64,000 nt of DNA from an uncultured Gemmatimonadales bacterium (lineage in GTDB: Bacteria > Gemmatimonadota > Gemmatimonadetes > Gemmatimonadales > Gemmatimonadaceae): the NCBI GenBank assembly GCA_963850905.1, contig CAWKMU010000003.1, positions 320,001 through 384,000 on the forward strand, written 5' to 3'. Position numbers and translations under genes: made by a program. Within the stretch, counting starts at the first letter, position 1; each line of letters starts with the position of its first letter. The notes below the pieces were generated by a model. The model was given only the letters and a program-made list of their open reading frames with translations, searched no databases and had not been told where the DNA came from. Below are positions 1 through 11,059 of this stretch, in pieces.

Positions 1-189
1 CCGGGCGGTCTCGGGACTGACGACGCGGATGACGAGATAGATGATCGCACCGATCAAGAGGACTTTGACCGCTAGGCGGACCAGCCAAAACGTCAAGGCC
101 ATCGCCGTGCCAAACACGCTGAAAACGGTGCCCAGCAGGAAGAATCCAAGCAGGGCGAAAATACCAATCATGAAGACTGTACGGATCAT
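1..189 (-). CDS. small membrane protein (partial, runs off window start)
   Basis: Manual translation from ATG 189: MIRTVFMIGIFALLGFFLLGTVFSVFGTAMALTFWLVRLAVKVLLIGAIIYLVIRVVSPETAR..., two hydrophobic helices, no stop. Confidence 0.7.
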   Translation of the reverse strand, partial: MIRTVFMIGIFALLGFFLLGTVFSVFGTAMALTFWLVRLAVKVLLIGAIIYLVIRVVSPETAR

Positions 190-387
190 CGTCGGCCACT
201 CTGTTCGGGTTCAACCACCAGTACGAACCAACTCCCTACAATGTTTCAGGCGGCTGGGGGACTTGTCCACCCGCCACTCAGCCCCTCCGGATTCGGCCCT
301 GCCGACCACAGGCGCGCCGAGGACGGCTAGGGGCGGCCCAGACGTCGCGGACTTGCACCGTTCCCACCCAGTGGTTAGGGGTCGTCC

Positions 388-1527
388 ATGACCCAATCGG
401 GCGAGGCCGACGTGACGGTGGTCGGCGCGGGGATCATCGGCCTCTGCACGGCGCTCGCGCTTGCCGATCGGGGACTAAGTGTCTACCTGATCGGCGAGAC
501 CCGCTCGGGCGAGGCATCGCCCGCGGCCGCCGGGATCCTGGGCGCGTCGCTCGAGGACACGCATGGCCCGGCAGCCCCGGCTCCGGTGTACGACTTCGCC
601 GTCGCCGCGCGCGATCGCTATGTGACGTACCTGCCCGACCTTGTCGAGCGCTCCGGCGTCTCGGTTCCCTTCAACCGCAATGGCGTGCTGCAGGTCGCCT
701 TCGACGCCGAGGCCGCGGACGCCTTGCGCGGATCGGCCAGCGGGCGATGGCTGGATGCGCCGGCCCTGGCGGCCCTCGAGCCCGCGGTAGCACACGCCAT
801 CGGGGCGATGTTTCATGACCAGGACGGTGCGGTCGACAATGTCGCCATGCTGCGAGCCCTGCGAGACGCAGTGGATTGCGCGTCGCAAATCGCCCGCGTT
901 CAGGCACTGGTCGCAAGCATCTCCGTGCACGAGGACGGCGTGACGTGCACGACCGCGCCGACTCACGAGACGTACCACGCGCCGCGCGCTGTGTTGGCGG
1001 CGGGCGCCTGGGCAGCCGGGATCCCGGGGGTGCCCCGGCCCTTGCCGATCGATCCGTTGCGCGGCCAAATGCTGGCAGTCGCCGCCGGCCACGTGCGGCC
1101 GGGGCACGTCATCTATGGGCCGCAAGCCTACATCGTTCCCCGCGGCGAGCGGATCCTGGTCGGCGCGACGCTCGAGCGCGCCGGATTCGATCCATCGACG
1201 ACCCCGACGGCACTCGCCGCATTGCGCGCAGGCGGCGCCCAGATTCTCCAGGACATCGCGGACGCCCCGCTCCTTTCTTCGTGGGCCGGCCTTCGGCCAG
1301 CGACGCCCGACCTCTTGCCGATCATCGGGCCGGACCCCGACTACCCCGCGCTCACGTACGCCTGCGGGCACTCGCGCAACGGCATTTTGATGGCTCCGCT
1401 TACCGCCGACTGCGTCGCTGCGATCGTCGCGGGCGAGGCGCCCCCTGTCGACATAAGCCCGTTCCGCGTCGATCGTTTCCCCGTCCCGTCCGTGCGCTTT
1501 AGCCGCGGCTCGTCGTCTTCTGACTGA
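388..1527 (+). CDS. thiO: FAD-dependent glycine oxidase ThiO-like (D-amino acid oxidase family)
   Basis: VVGAGIIG Rossmann motif, ASPAAAGIL, RGQM, WAGLRP, GHSRNGILMAP. Confidence 0.8.
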   Translation: MTQSGEADVTVVGAGIIGLCTALALADRGLSVYLIGETRSGEASPAAAGILGASLEDTHGPAAPAPVYDFAVAARDRYVTYLPDLVERSGVSVPFNRNGVLQVAFDAEAADALRGSASGRWLDAPALAALEPAVAHAIGAMFHDQDGAVDNVAMLRALRDAVDCASQIARVQALVASISVHEDGVTCTTAPTHETYHAPRAVLAAGAWAAGIPGVPRPLPIDPLRGQMLAVAAGHVRPGHVIYGPQAYIVPRGERILVGATLERAGFDPSTTPTALAALRAGGAQILQDIADAPLLSSWAGLRPATPDLLPIIGPDPDYPALTYACGHSRNGILMAPLTADCVAAIVAGEAPPVDISPFRVDRFPVPSVRFSRGSSSSD

Positions 1528-1570
1528 GTCGGTGGCCCGGTATATTGCGAGGCCATCGCTTCTTTAGGCC

Positions 1571-2496
1571 GTGTCCGAAATGACAGACACCCTCTACCAA
1601 ATCATGGGGCGCCACCGCGCCGAGCCGCTCCCCGAGCGGAAGCCCTCCTGGCTCAAGGTCCGGGCGCCGGGGGGACCGAACTATGTGCGGCTCAAGTCGC
1701 TGCTCCGTGATCTGGATCTGCACACGGTCTGCGAGGAAGCGCACTGCCCCAACGTCGGCGAGTGCTGGGAGCACGGCACCGCCACGTTCATGATCCTGGG
1801 GGATGTCTGCACCCGCAACTGTGCGTATTGCGCCGTCGCGCACGGTCGGCCGCCGACATACGACGTCGAAGAGCCTGCCCGGGTCGCCGCGGCCGTCGCT
1901 GAATTGCGGTTGCAGCACGCCGTCATCACATCGGTCGATCGCGACGACCTGCCCGACTTCGGCGCGTCGATCTTCGCCGAAACGGTTCGCCAGATCCATG
2001 CGCGCCTTCCCGAGTGCTCCGTCGAGGTCCTCGTGCCCGACTTCCAGGGCACCGAGACATCCATCCGCGCTGTGCTCGAGTCCCGACCACAGATCTACAA
2101 TCACAACACCGAGACCGTACCCCGGCTGTACAAGCGGGTACGGCCCGGCGGACGGTACCCACGCGTGCTCGAGATCTTTCGACTCGCCAAGCGACTGGCG
2201 CCGGAGATTCCGACCAAGACGGGCATCATTCTCGGCATGGGCGAGACGATGGAAGAGGTCGTCGCCGTCATGCGTGATCTGCGCGCCGTCGACGTCGACA
2301 TCCTCACGCTCGGCCAGTATCTCCGGCCATCGGCGGCCCACATCCCGCTCGACCGCTATTACACGCCCGACAGAATTCCGTGAGCTGTATGAGATCGGAA
2401 TGTCCATGGGATTCCGGCACGTGGAGAGCGGCCCGCTGGTCCGCTCGAGCTACCACGCGTGGGAACAAGTGCAAGGCGGCCGCGCGCACTGCATGA
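1571..2496 (+). CDS. lipA: lipoyl synthase (2 apparent +1 frameshifts at ~2370 and ~2473)
   Basis: [20 protein letters not shown] radical-SAM motif, GQYLRP; C-terminal [12 protein letters not shown] in the next frame; TGA overlaps pdhA ATG. Confidence 0.95.
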
Positions 2497-3642
2497 ACAC
2501 GCCGCCGTCCGCATCCGCCTTTTCGTCGCAGCCCGCGCCGCCGGTCGCCAGTCGCGGCGCGACTGCGCCTCCGGCGTCCGCACCGCCCGTCGCGGCGGCC
2601 GCCCCGGCGCCCACCGGCGTGGGTCAGGAACTGGAGACGAGCGACCGCACGCTCCACCGTCAGCTGCTCCGCGCGATGCTGCTGCAGCGCCGCTTCGAGG
2701 AGCGAGCCGCGCGAGGCGTACGCACTCGGCAAGATCGGCGGCTTCTGCCACCTGTACATCGGGCAGGAAGCGACCGGCACGGGCGCGATCTCCGTGCTGC
2801 GCGACGATGATTACGTGATCACGACCTATCGCGACCACGCGCAGGCGATCGCCCGCGGCATCACGCCTCGTGCCGTCATGGCCGAGCTGTTCGGCAAGGC
2901 AACAGGCTGCTCGCACGGCAAGGGCGGCTCGATGCACCTCTTCAGTCGGGAACACAACTTCCTGGGCGGCCACGGCATCGTCGGCGCCAACATCCCGATC
3001 GCGACGGGAGTCGGCTTCGCGATCAAGTATCGCGGCGGCGATCAGGTCTGTCTCTGCTTCTTCGGCGAAGCAGCGGTCAACAGCGGCGCGTTCCACGAAG
3101 CGCTCAACATGGCTGGTCTGTGGCGGCTGCCGGTGGTCTATCGTCATCGAGAACAACCGCTACGGCATGGGCACTGCCGTCGAGCGCGCATCCGCCGTCA
3201 CGGACATCGCCGAGCGCGCCCGTGCGTATGGCATCGCGCATGCGGTCGTCGACGGTCAGGATGTGCTCGCCGTGCGCCGGACAGTGGCCGCGGCGGTAGA
3301 CCGTGCGCGACACGCGCGGACTCCGACGGTGGTCGAAGCGCTGACCTATCGCTTCATGGGACATTCAATGTCCGACGCCGTGAGCGGTACCTATCGCACC
3401 AAGGCCGAGCTGGACGAAAATCTGAAGCGCGACCCGATCGCTGCTCTTGCGTGCCCACATGCACGCGCACGGCGAGATGACCGACGACGAAGTCGCGCAA
3501 ATCGACGCGGAGGTGCGCGCGGTAGTGCGAGGATGCATGGCAGTTCGCCGACCAGTCGCCCGAGCCGGCGCCCGAGGCGCTGCTGGAGGACGTCGTGGTC
3601 GAGTCACGACACGACTCGAACGGCGCTGGCTCGCCTCGCTGA
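2493..3642 (+). CDS. pdhA: pyruvate dehydrogenase E1 alpha (4 apparent frameshifts)
   Basis: [58 protein letters not shown] across frames. Confidence 0.93.
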
Positions 3643-3645
3643 TCC

Positions 3646-4631
3646 GTGCCCGTCCTGACCTATCGCGACGCGCTCAATCAGGCGCTCCGCGAGGAGATGC
3701 AGCGCGACGACCGCGTCTTCCTCATGGGCGAGGAAGTCGGCGTCTACCAGGGCGCGTACAAGGTCTCCAAAGGCCTGCTGCAGGAATTCGGCGAGCAGCG
3801 GGTCGTCGACACGCCGATCACCGAGCTCGGGTTCGCGGGCGTCGGCGTCGGTGCCGCCATGGCCGGGTTGCGGCCCGTCATCGAGTTCATGACGTGGAAC
3901 TTCGCGGTGCTCGCGCTCGACCAGGTGGTGAACGCTGCGGCCAAGATGCTGTACATGTCCGGCGGGCAGTTCCCGATGCCCGATCGTGTTTCGTGGGCCC
4001 AACGGCGCGGCGCTGCAGCTGGGCGCGCAACACTCCCAGGCATGGGAGTCCTGGCTCATGCACATTCCCGGACTCAAGGTCGTGACCCCGGGCACACCTG
4101 CGGACGCCAAGGGCCTGCTCAAGAGCGCCATTCGCGATGAGAACCCGGTGCTCGTGCTGGAGGGCGAGATGCTCTACAACACGAAGGGCGATGTCCCCGA
4201 GGGCGAGCATCTCGTGCCCATCGGCGTCGCCGACATCAAGCGCGAAGGCGACCACTGCTCGATCATCACGAACGGAAAAATGGTGCTCGTCGCCCAACGC
4301 GCGGCCGATGAGCTGGCGAAAGGTGGCATTCGAGCGGAGGTGCTCGATCTGCGAACGGTCCGCCCGATGGACGTCGCGGCGATCACCGCAATCCGTTCGC
4401 AAGACGAATCGCGCGGTCGTGCTCGAGGAGGGATGGGAGATGTGCGGCATCGGCGCGCAGGTCGTCGACTACATTCAGCGCGAGTGTTTCGATGATCTCG
4501 ACGCGCCCGTCCTTCGAGTGCACCAGGCCGATACACCAATGCCGTACGCGAAGAACCTGGAGCGCGCGGCGAAGCCCGACGCTGCCAAGACGATCGCCGC
4601 AGTGAAACGCGTCATGTACCTCCCGTCGTAG
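3646..4631 (+). CDS. pdhB: pyruvate dehydrogenase E1 beta (2 apparent frameshifts)
   Basis: [46 protein letters not shown]. Confidence 0.95.
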
Positions 4632-4641
4632 CGGATCCGCC

Positions 4642-6116
4642 ATGGCCACCAAGGTGCTGATGGAGGCGTTGTCGCCCACGATGGAAGAGGGGCGCCTCGT
4701 GAGCTGGCACAAGGCCGAGGGCGATGCGGTCAAGACAGGCGACATCCTGGCGGAGGTCGAGACCGACAAGGCGATCATGGAGCTGGTCGCACGCGGCTGA
4801 CGGCGTGCTTCGCAAGCGCCTGATCGCCGGACGGGGCGACCGCACCGGTCGGTCAGACTGGTGGGCGTCATCGCGGGACCGGACGAGAACATCGATGCCC
4901 TCGTGGGCGCGACGCCGCCGGCCGCAGCGCCGGCAGAAGCGCGCAGCGTAGCGCCAGTCGCAGCGCCAGTCGCAGCGGCCGCACCAGCCCCCGCGATTCC
5001 CCAGCCCGAGCGAGCGGCCGCCTCGGCGCCCGCAGCGCAGCTCGCGGGAGAGCGGCGAGTGCGTGGCGCGAGTCCGATACCCACGACGCCGGGGCAGTCA
5101 CAGGGCGAAGCGTCGACTCCGCCACAGGAACAGGTGCCGGTGGTTGATCGGCGCGGCGGCACGATCCTGCCGCCGGCCCCGGTTGGAACGGCCGTCGCCC
5201 CCAGCGCCCCCAGCGCCGCCACGATCCCGGCGATCGACCGCCCCGCCCCAGGAAACGGCGGCCGGGTCCGCTCCTCCCCGCTCGCTCGGCGACTGGCGTC
5301 GGAACGAGGGCTCGATCTCCGAGCGATCGCGGGAACGGGGCCCAATGGCCGCGTGGTCAAGCGCGATGTGGAGACGGCCCCGAGCGCGCCGGCGCCACGA
5401 CCCGTCCCGGCGCGTGTCGTGCCCGTGGATGGTGACTTCCATGACGTCGCGCTGACGCAGATCCGCAAGACGATCGCCAAGCGGCTCGCCGAATCGATCG
5501 GGCCGGTGCCGACGTTCTATCTGACCGTCGACCTCGACGTCGAGCGCATCGCGGAGATGCGCGACCGCGATGGCGGCGCAGGGTGAGTCCTTCAAGGTGT
5601 CGGTCAACGATGTCCTGCTCAAGATCGTTGCGACCGCGCTCGCGCAGCACCCCGAGGTCAACGCGCATTGGCTGGGCGATCGGATCCGCTACTTCAATCG
5701 CGTGCACGTCGGCGTGGCCGTGGCGGTCGAGGATGGGCTGATCACGCCCGTGATCTTCGATGCAGACACCAAGGGACTCCGCCAGATCGCCGATGAGGTG
5801 CGCGCACTAGCCGACCGGGCGCGCGCACGGCGGCTGACGCCCGAGGAGTACACCGGCGCGACCATTCTCCATCTCGAATCTGGGTATGTTTGGGATCGAG
5901 GAATTCACCGCTATCATCAATCCGCCCGAAACCGCCATCCTCGCAGTCGGCGCCGTGGAGCCGCGTCCCGTCGTGATCGACGGCGCGATCACCGTGCGAC
6001 GGCGGATGCGCATCACCATGAGTTGCGACCATCGCGTCATCGACGGCGCAACGGGCGCGCGGTTCCTGCAGACGCTGCGGCGACTCGTCGAGAACCCATT
6101 GATGATGGTGTTCTAA
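4642..6116 (+). CDS. pdhC: dihydrolipoamide acetyltransferase E2 (5 apparent frameshifts)
   Basis: LSPTMEEG and VETDKA lipoyl domain, Ala/Pro linker, SPLARRLA E3-binding domain, DHRVIDG catalytic motif. Confidence 0.93.
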
Positions 6117-6174
6117 CTCTCGCCCTTGCTCCGCTAGCAGTTCTTTTCCCCCGACACCCGGAACCCGGCTCTTC

Positions 6175-7578
6175 ATGGCCTCTTACGACGTGATCTTCTT
6201 GGGCGGCGGCCCCGCAGGGTATGTGGGCGCCATTCGCGCGGCACAGCTCGGACTGTCCGTGGGTGTCGTCGAGCGCGAAGGTCTGGGTGGGACCTGTGTG
6301 CTCTGGGGATGCATCCCCGCAAAAGCGCTGCTCGAGAGCGCCTATCTGGCCAACAAGGTCCGCCACGCGGCCGATCACGGCATCACGACTGGCCCGCTCG
6401 CCTTCGATTTCGCGCCGGCGATGAAGCGCTCGCGCGCGATCAGCACCCAGAACTCCAAGGGCGTCGAGTTCCTCTTCAAGAAGAACAAGATCACCTGGAT
6501 CAAGGGACAGGGCACACTCGTCTCGCCGACTACCGTCTCCGTGACGCTGGCCGATGGCAAACAGGAGACCCACGAGGCCAAACGCGGGATCGTCATCTCG
6601 ACGGGCTCCCGCGTGAAGGGTCTGCCCGCGGCCGGCCTGCCGCTCGACCGCAAGACCGTGCTGTCCTCGGACGATGTGCTCGTGCTCGAGCGCGCGCCGA
6701 AATCGATGGCCGTCGTCGGGTGCGGAGCCGTCGGATGCGAGTTCGGCGATGTCTTCGCCTCCTTCGGCACCCAGGTGACCATGATCGAGATCGCGCCGTC
6801 GATGCTGCCGCTCGAGGACGGGGACGTGGCCACCGAGCTCGCGCGCTCGTTCAAGAAGCGCAAGATCGACGTCCTGACCAATGCCAAGGTACGTGACGTA
6901 CAGATCCGGCCGGACGGCGTGTCGATGAAAGTGGACGCGGCCGGGTCAGAGCAGTCGCTCACCGTCGAAAAGGTGCTCGTCGCTGCGGGCCGCGCACCCG
7001 TTGTCGACGGGATCGGCCTGGAGAAGCTGGGCGTGAAGCTGACCGACCGGGGCTTCATCCAGATCAATGACCATATGAAGACGTCGGTCGCGGGTGTGTA
7101 CGCCATCGGCGACGTGGCGGGCCCGCCGATGCTCGCGCACAAGGGCGAGCGCGAAGGGGTCGTCGTGGCCGAAACGCTCGCGGGGCTGCATCCCCACCTC
7201 GTGAACTACGGCAACATCCCCAATGCAACCTACTGCCATCCCGAGGTAGCATCGATCGGACTGACCGAGGCCCAGTGCAAGGAGCGGAAGCTCGCGTACA
7301 AGGTCGGGCGCTTCCCGTTCTCTGCGAGCGGACGCGCGCGCACCGCGGGCGAGACCGAAGGCTTCGTCAAGATCATTGCGGACGCCAAGTATGGGGAGAT
7401 CCTGGGCGCGCACATCATCGGCTCCCACGCGACGGAGATCATCCACGAGCTGGCCGTCGCACGGGAGAACGAATTCACGGTTGAGGAAGTCGACCTCGCC
7501 ATTCACGCCCACCCGACGCTGTCCGAGGCGATCGCCGAGGCAGCGCTCGATACGATGGGACGGACGTTAAGTGCGTGA
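6175..7578 (+). CDS. lpdA: dihydrolipoyl dehydrogenase E3
   Basis: GGGPAGY, GGTCVLWGCIPAK redox disulfide, HAHPTLSE. Confidence 0.96.
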   Translation: MASYDVIFLGGGPAGYVGAIRAAQLGLSVGVVEREGLGGTCVLWGCIPAKALLESAYLANKVRHAADHGITTGPLAFDFAPAMKRSRAISTQNSKGVEFLFKKNKITWIKGQGTLVSPTTVSVTLADGKQETHEAKRGIVISTGSRVKGLPAAGLPLDRKTVLSSDDVLVLERAPKSMAVVGCGAVGCEFGDVFASFGTQVTMIEIAPSMLPLEDGDVATELARSFKKRKIDVLTNAKVRDVQIRPDGVSMKVDAAGSEQSLTVEKVLVAAGRAPVVDGIGLEKLGVKLTDRGFIQINDHMKTSVAGVYAIGDVAGPPMLAHKGEREGVVVAETLAGLHPHLVNYGNIPNATYCHPEVASIGLTEAQCKERKLAYKVGRFPFSASGRARTAGETEGFVKIIADAKYGEILGAHIIGSHATEIIHELAVARENEFTVEEVDLAIHAHPTLSEAIAEAALDTMGRTLSA

Positions 7579-8251
7579 GCTCTGGGTCTCCGACCTCGGC
7601 CAGATGCCGTACGGCGAGGCGTTGGAGCTCCAGCGTGGGGTCGCGCGCGATCGCATCAGCGGTGTGATTCCGGAGGACGTGCTGCTGCTCGTGGAGCATC
7701 CGCCGGTCGTGACGCTCGGTCGCGCGAGCACGTCGGCGACGCACCTGACGGCGCCGGCCGCGCTCCTGGCAGCGCGCGGGGTGGAAGTGTTCGAGGTCGA
7801 ACGCGGAGGGGATGTGACCTTCCACGGGCCAGGCCAGCTCGTCGGCTATCCCATCATCGATCTCAAACGCCACCGGCAGGACCTGCACTGGTACCTCCGA
7901 CAGATCGAGGGCGCGCTGATCGACGCCCTGGCGACACTCGGCGTGAGCGCCACACGTCGCGCCGGCCTCACGGGTGTGTGGACGGCGACGACCCATCGCA
8001 AGATCGCCTCGATCGGGGTCCACGCCCGCGACTGGGTGACCTGGCACGGCTTCGCCCTCAACGTGACGACTGATCTGTCCTACTTCGACCTGATGGTCCC
8101 CTGCGGCATCCCAGACGTCGAGATGACCTCGATCGCCCGCGAGCTTGGCGCCGCGCCGCCCGGGGTGGCCGACGTTGTGGCCAGCGCCGTGGCCACGCGC
8201 TTTGGGCTCACGCCCGCCGAACACGTCGTTGATTCGACTATCGGCCGCTGA
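7571..8251 (+). CDS. lipB: octanoyltransferase
   Basis: EHPPVVTLG, RGGDVTFHGPGQLVGYP, KIASIG, HGFALN, VPCGI. Confidence 0.96.
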   Translation: MRELWVSDLGQMPYGEALELQRGVARDRISGVIPEDVLLLVEHPPVVTLGRASTSATHLTAPAALLAARGVEVFEVERGGDVTFHGPGQLVGYPIIDLKRHRQDLHWYLRQIEGALIDALATLGVSATRRAGLTGVWTATTHRKIASIGVHARDWVTWHGFALNVTTDLSYFDLMVPCGIPDVEMTSIARELGAAPPGVADVVASAVATRFGLTPAEHVVDSTIGR

Positions 8252-8262
8252 TGTGCGTAGAA

Positions 8263-8715
8263 GGGCGACCTGAAGGTCGCCCCTACATGTTGCTGCGAAC
8301 GGCGCCACACCTGGATTCGTCGACCTGCGCCGCAAAAGGCAGGCAGGGTGCTCCGTACGGACACCGCCCCGCCGACATGTAGGGGCGGCATTCATGCCGC
8401 CCACTCGGCACCGCCCGCAGGACGTCGCCAGTTCTCGCACGGTGCGCCACCAAACTTGCCTTGGACCGGTAGGGGCGACGCACCGCGTCGCCCTCTTGTG
8501 CCGTCCGCGCAGACCCGCGGCACGACGTAGGGTGCTCCGGACGGACGCCGCCCCGCCGACATGTAGGGGCGGCATTCATGCCGCCCACTCGGCACCGCCC
8601 GCAGGACGTCGCCAGTTCTCGCACGGTGCGCCACCAAACTTGCCTTGGACCGGTAGGGGCGACGCATCGCGTCGCCCTCTTGTGCCGTCCGCGCAGACCC
8701 GCCGCACGACGTAGG
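8263..8715. repeat. cluster of 5 GTAG-type REP hairpins including a 184-bp tandem duplication (8346-8529 / 8530-8713)
   Basis: REPs at 8263-8286(-), 8379, 8469, 8563, 8653(+); the two units are nearly identical and give the same ORF start at 8394 and 8578. Confidence 0.9.
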
Positions 8716-8805
8716 ACTGCGCACCGCGACCAACCCCGCGATTTGTGCCACCCCAAACCCCAGACCCCAAACCCCAAACCCGTCGTTTCGGGGTATCTTC
8801 CCCCC

Positions 8806-10834
8806 ATGTCCCTCAACCCCGCCCAACAAGCCGCTGCGACGCACGGCGACGGGCCCCTGCTCATCATTGCTGGCGCGGGCACGGGGAAGACGCGCACCCT
8901 CGTACACCGCGTGGCGCACCTCATCGAGCGAGGCGCGACGCCAGAGCGGATCCTGCTGCTCACGTTCACGCGGCGTGCGGCGCAGGAGATGCTCGGTCGC
9001 GTCGAGCGGATCGTCGGATCGGTCAGTCAGCGTGTGCAGGGCGGGACATTTCACGCGACGCGCGCATCGGCTGCTGCGCCGGTTTGGACCGGCCGCGGGG
9101 CTGAGCGGCGACTTCACGATCATGGACCAGGAAGATGCGCAGGACCTCATGCATCTCTCGCGAGTCCAGTTGGGGTATGGCGACAAGACGAAGCGGTTCC
9201 CGAAGAAGGAGACCCTGCACCACGTCTACTCGCGCCACATCAACACCGAGATTCCGGTCGCCACGATTCTGAACGAGGAGTATCCGGCATTCGCGGAGTA
9301 CGTGGCCGATTTCGGGCGCATCTTCGTCGACTACACGCGCCGCAAGGGCGATCGCAATCTGGTCGACTACGATGACCTGCTCGTGTTTTGGGCGCTCGTG
9401 CTCGAGGCTCCGGTCGGTGCGCGGATCGCTGCGCTCTATGATCACGTGCTGGTCGACGAGTATCAGGATACCAACGTCCTGCAGGCCCGCATCCTCCGCG
9501 GGCTCTGTAAGACGCACAGCAACGTCACGGTCGTCGGAGATGACGCGCAGAGCATCTACTCGTTCCGCGGAGCGAGCTTCCGCAACATCCTGGATTTTCC
9601 GCAGCAGTTTCCCGGCGTCCATCAGGTCACGCTCGAGCAGAATTACCGCTCCGTGCAACCGATTCTCGACACGACCAATACGCTCATCGCGCGCGCTCGG
9701 GAGCGGTACACCAAGGAGCTGTGGACCACGCGCGCGGCCGGCGACCGACCCTGGCTGGTCACGGCGCGAGATGAGGACGAGCAGACGCACTTCGTGGTCG
9801 ACCGCATTCTGGAGCTCTACGAATCCGGCACGCCGTTTCGCGAGATGGCCGTGCTGTTCCGTGCCGGCTACATGTCGGCGGCCATCGAGATCGAGCTCGC
9901 CAATCGCAAGATCCCGTTCGAGAAATGGGGCGGCCTCCGCTTCCTCGAGGCCGCACACGTCAAGGACGTGCTCGCATTTCTCCGCGTGCTCGAGAATCCG
10001 CGCGACGAGGTGAGTTGGTATCGGATCTTGTTGCTGTTACCGGGCATCGGCGACCGCACCGCGCGCGCCGCGATTGCCGCGATGGCGCAGGCAGCGTGGG
10101 AATCGGCCGCGTTTGCGCGCTATCCCGCGCCTCCCCGTGCGCGTGCGGCGCATCAGGCGCTCATCACCTTGCTGGACGGCTTGCGGACGGGCGAACAGTC
10201 GGGGTCAGTGAGCGCCGACATCGCGCGAGTGCGCCACCTGTACGACGACATCCTGCGGGAACGCTACGATCAGGTCGAGCCGCGGCTCAACGATCTCGAT
10301 CAGCTGGAGCGCGTCGCGAGCGGCTATCCCAACCGGTCGGCATTCCTCGCGGCGATCGCACTCGAGCCGCCGTCCAACACCCATGACTTCGCCGTGGGCG
10401 ACCACGAGGAAGAGGATGTCCTCGTGTTGAGCACCGCGCACTCGGCCAAAGGCAAGGAGTGGGACGCGGTGTTCCTGATCTGGGCGGTCGACGGCTGGTT
10501 TCCGACCTCGCGTGCGCTGAACGATGACGCCGGACTCGAAGAAGAGCGCCGGCTGATGTACGTCGCGCTCACGCGGGCCCGGCACCACCTGGCCGTCGTC
10601 TACCCGTTGCAGGTGTACGGCAGCAGGCGAGGCGCCAACTACTCCATCGACCAGCTCTCACGCTTCCTCGACCGCGGCGTCCGCGCCACAATGGAACCCA
10701 TCGTGATCGGTCGTCCCGACGCCGACCCCACCGGGCCATCACCGGTCGGGCCACTGGATCTACGGTCGGTGATGCAGAATCGCGATTGGGGATTGGGGAT
10801 CGGCGAACGCCAACGACCCATATCATCCCCATGA
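8806..10834 (+). CDS. UvrD/PcrA-family ATP-dependent DNA helicase (1 apparent frameshift at ~9060)
   Basis: AGAGTGKT, LTFTRRAA, GTFH, VDEYQD, VGDDAQSIYSFRGA, NYRS, HSAKGKEW, EERRLMYVALTRA. Confidence 0.92.
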
Positions 10835-10850
10835 CGCTGTGAATCGGCGG

Positions 10851-11031
10851 GTAGGGTCGACGCCATGCGTGGCCCGCCGTTGCGTGTCGCGCCGCACAAT
10901 CTCTGTTTCGACGGTAGGGCACGCCCGTTGCTGGGCATCACGGGATCGCGCGGAAATGGGCAAACGTCGGTGGACCACCTCTGCAGACTCCTCGTCCACA
11001 CCGACATGTAGGGGCGGCCTTCAGGCCGCCC
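10851..11031 (+). repeat. two REP hairpins between convergent genes
   Basis: Degenerate GTAGGGTCGACGCCATGCGTGGCCC (10851) and GTAGGGGCGGCCTTCAGGCCGCCC (11008). Confidence 0.75.
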
Positions 11032-11059
11032 ATTTGGATGCGTGATCAACACACCGCCT

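Noticed and set aside
8263..8715. CRISPR array
   Set aside because: Spacers are duplicated rather than unique, repeats vary in sequence and orientation, they recur as dispersed REPs, and no cas genes are present
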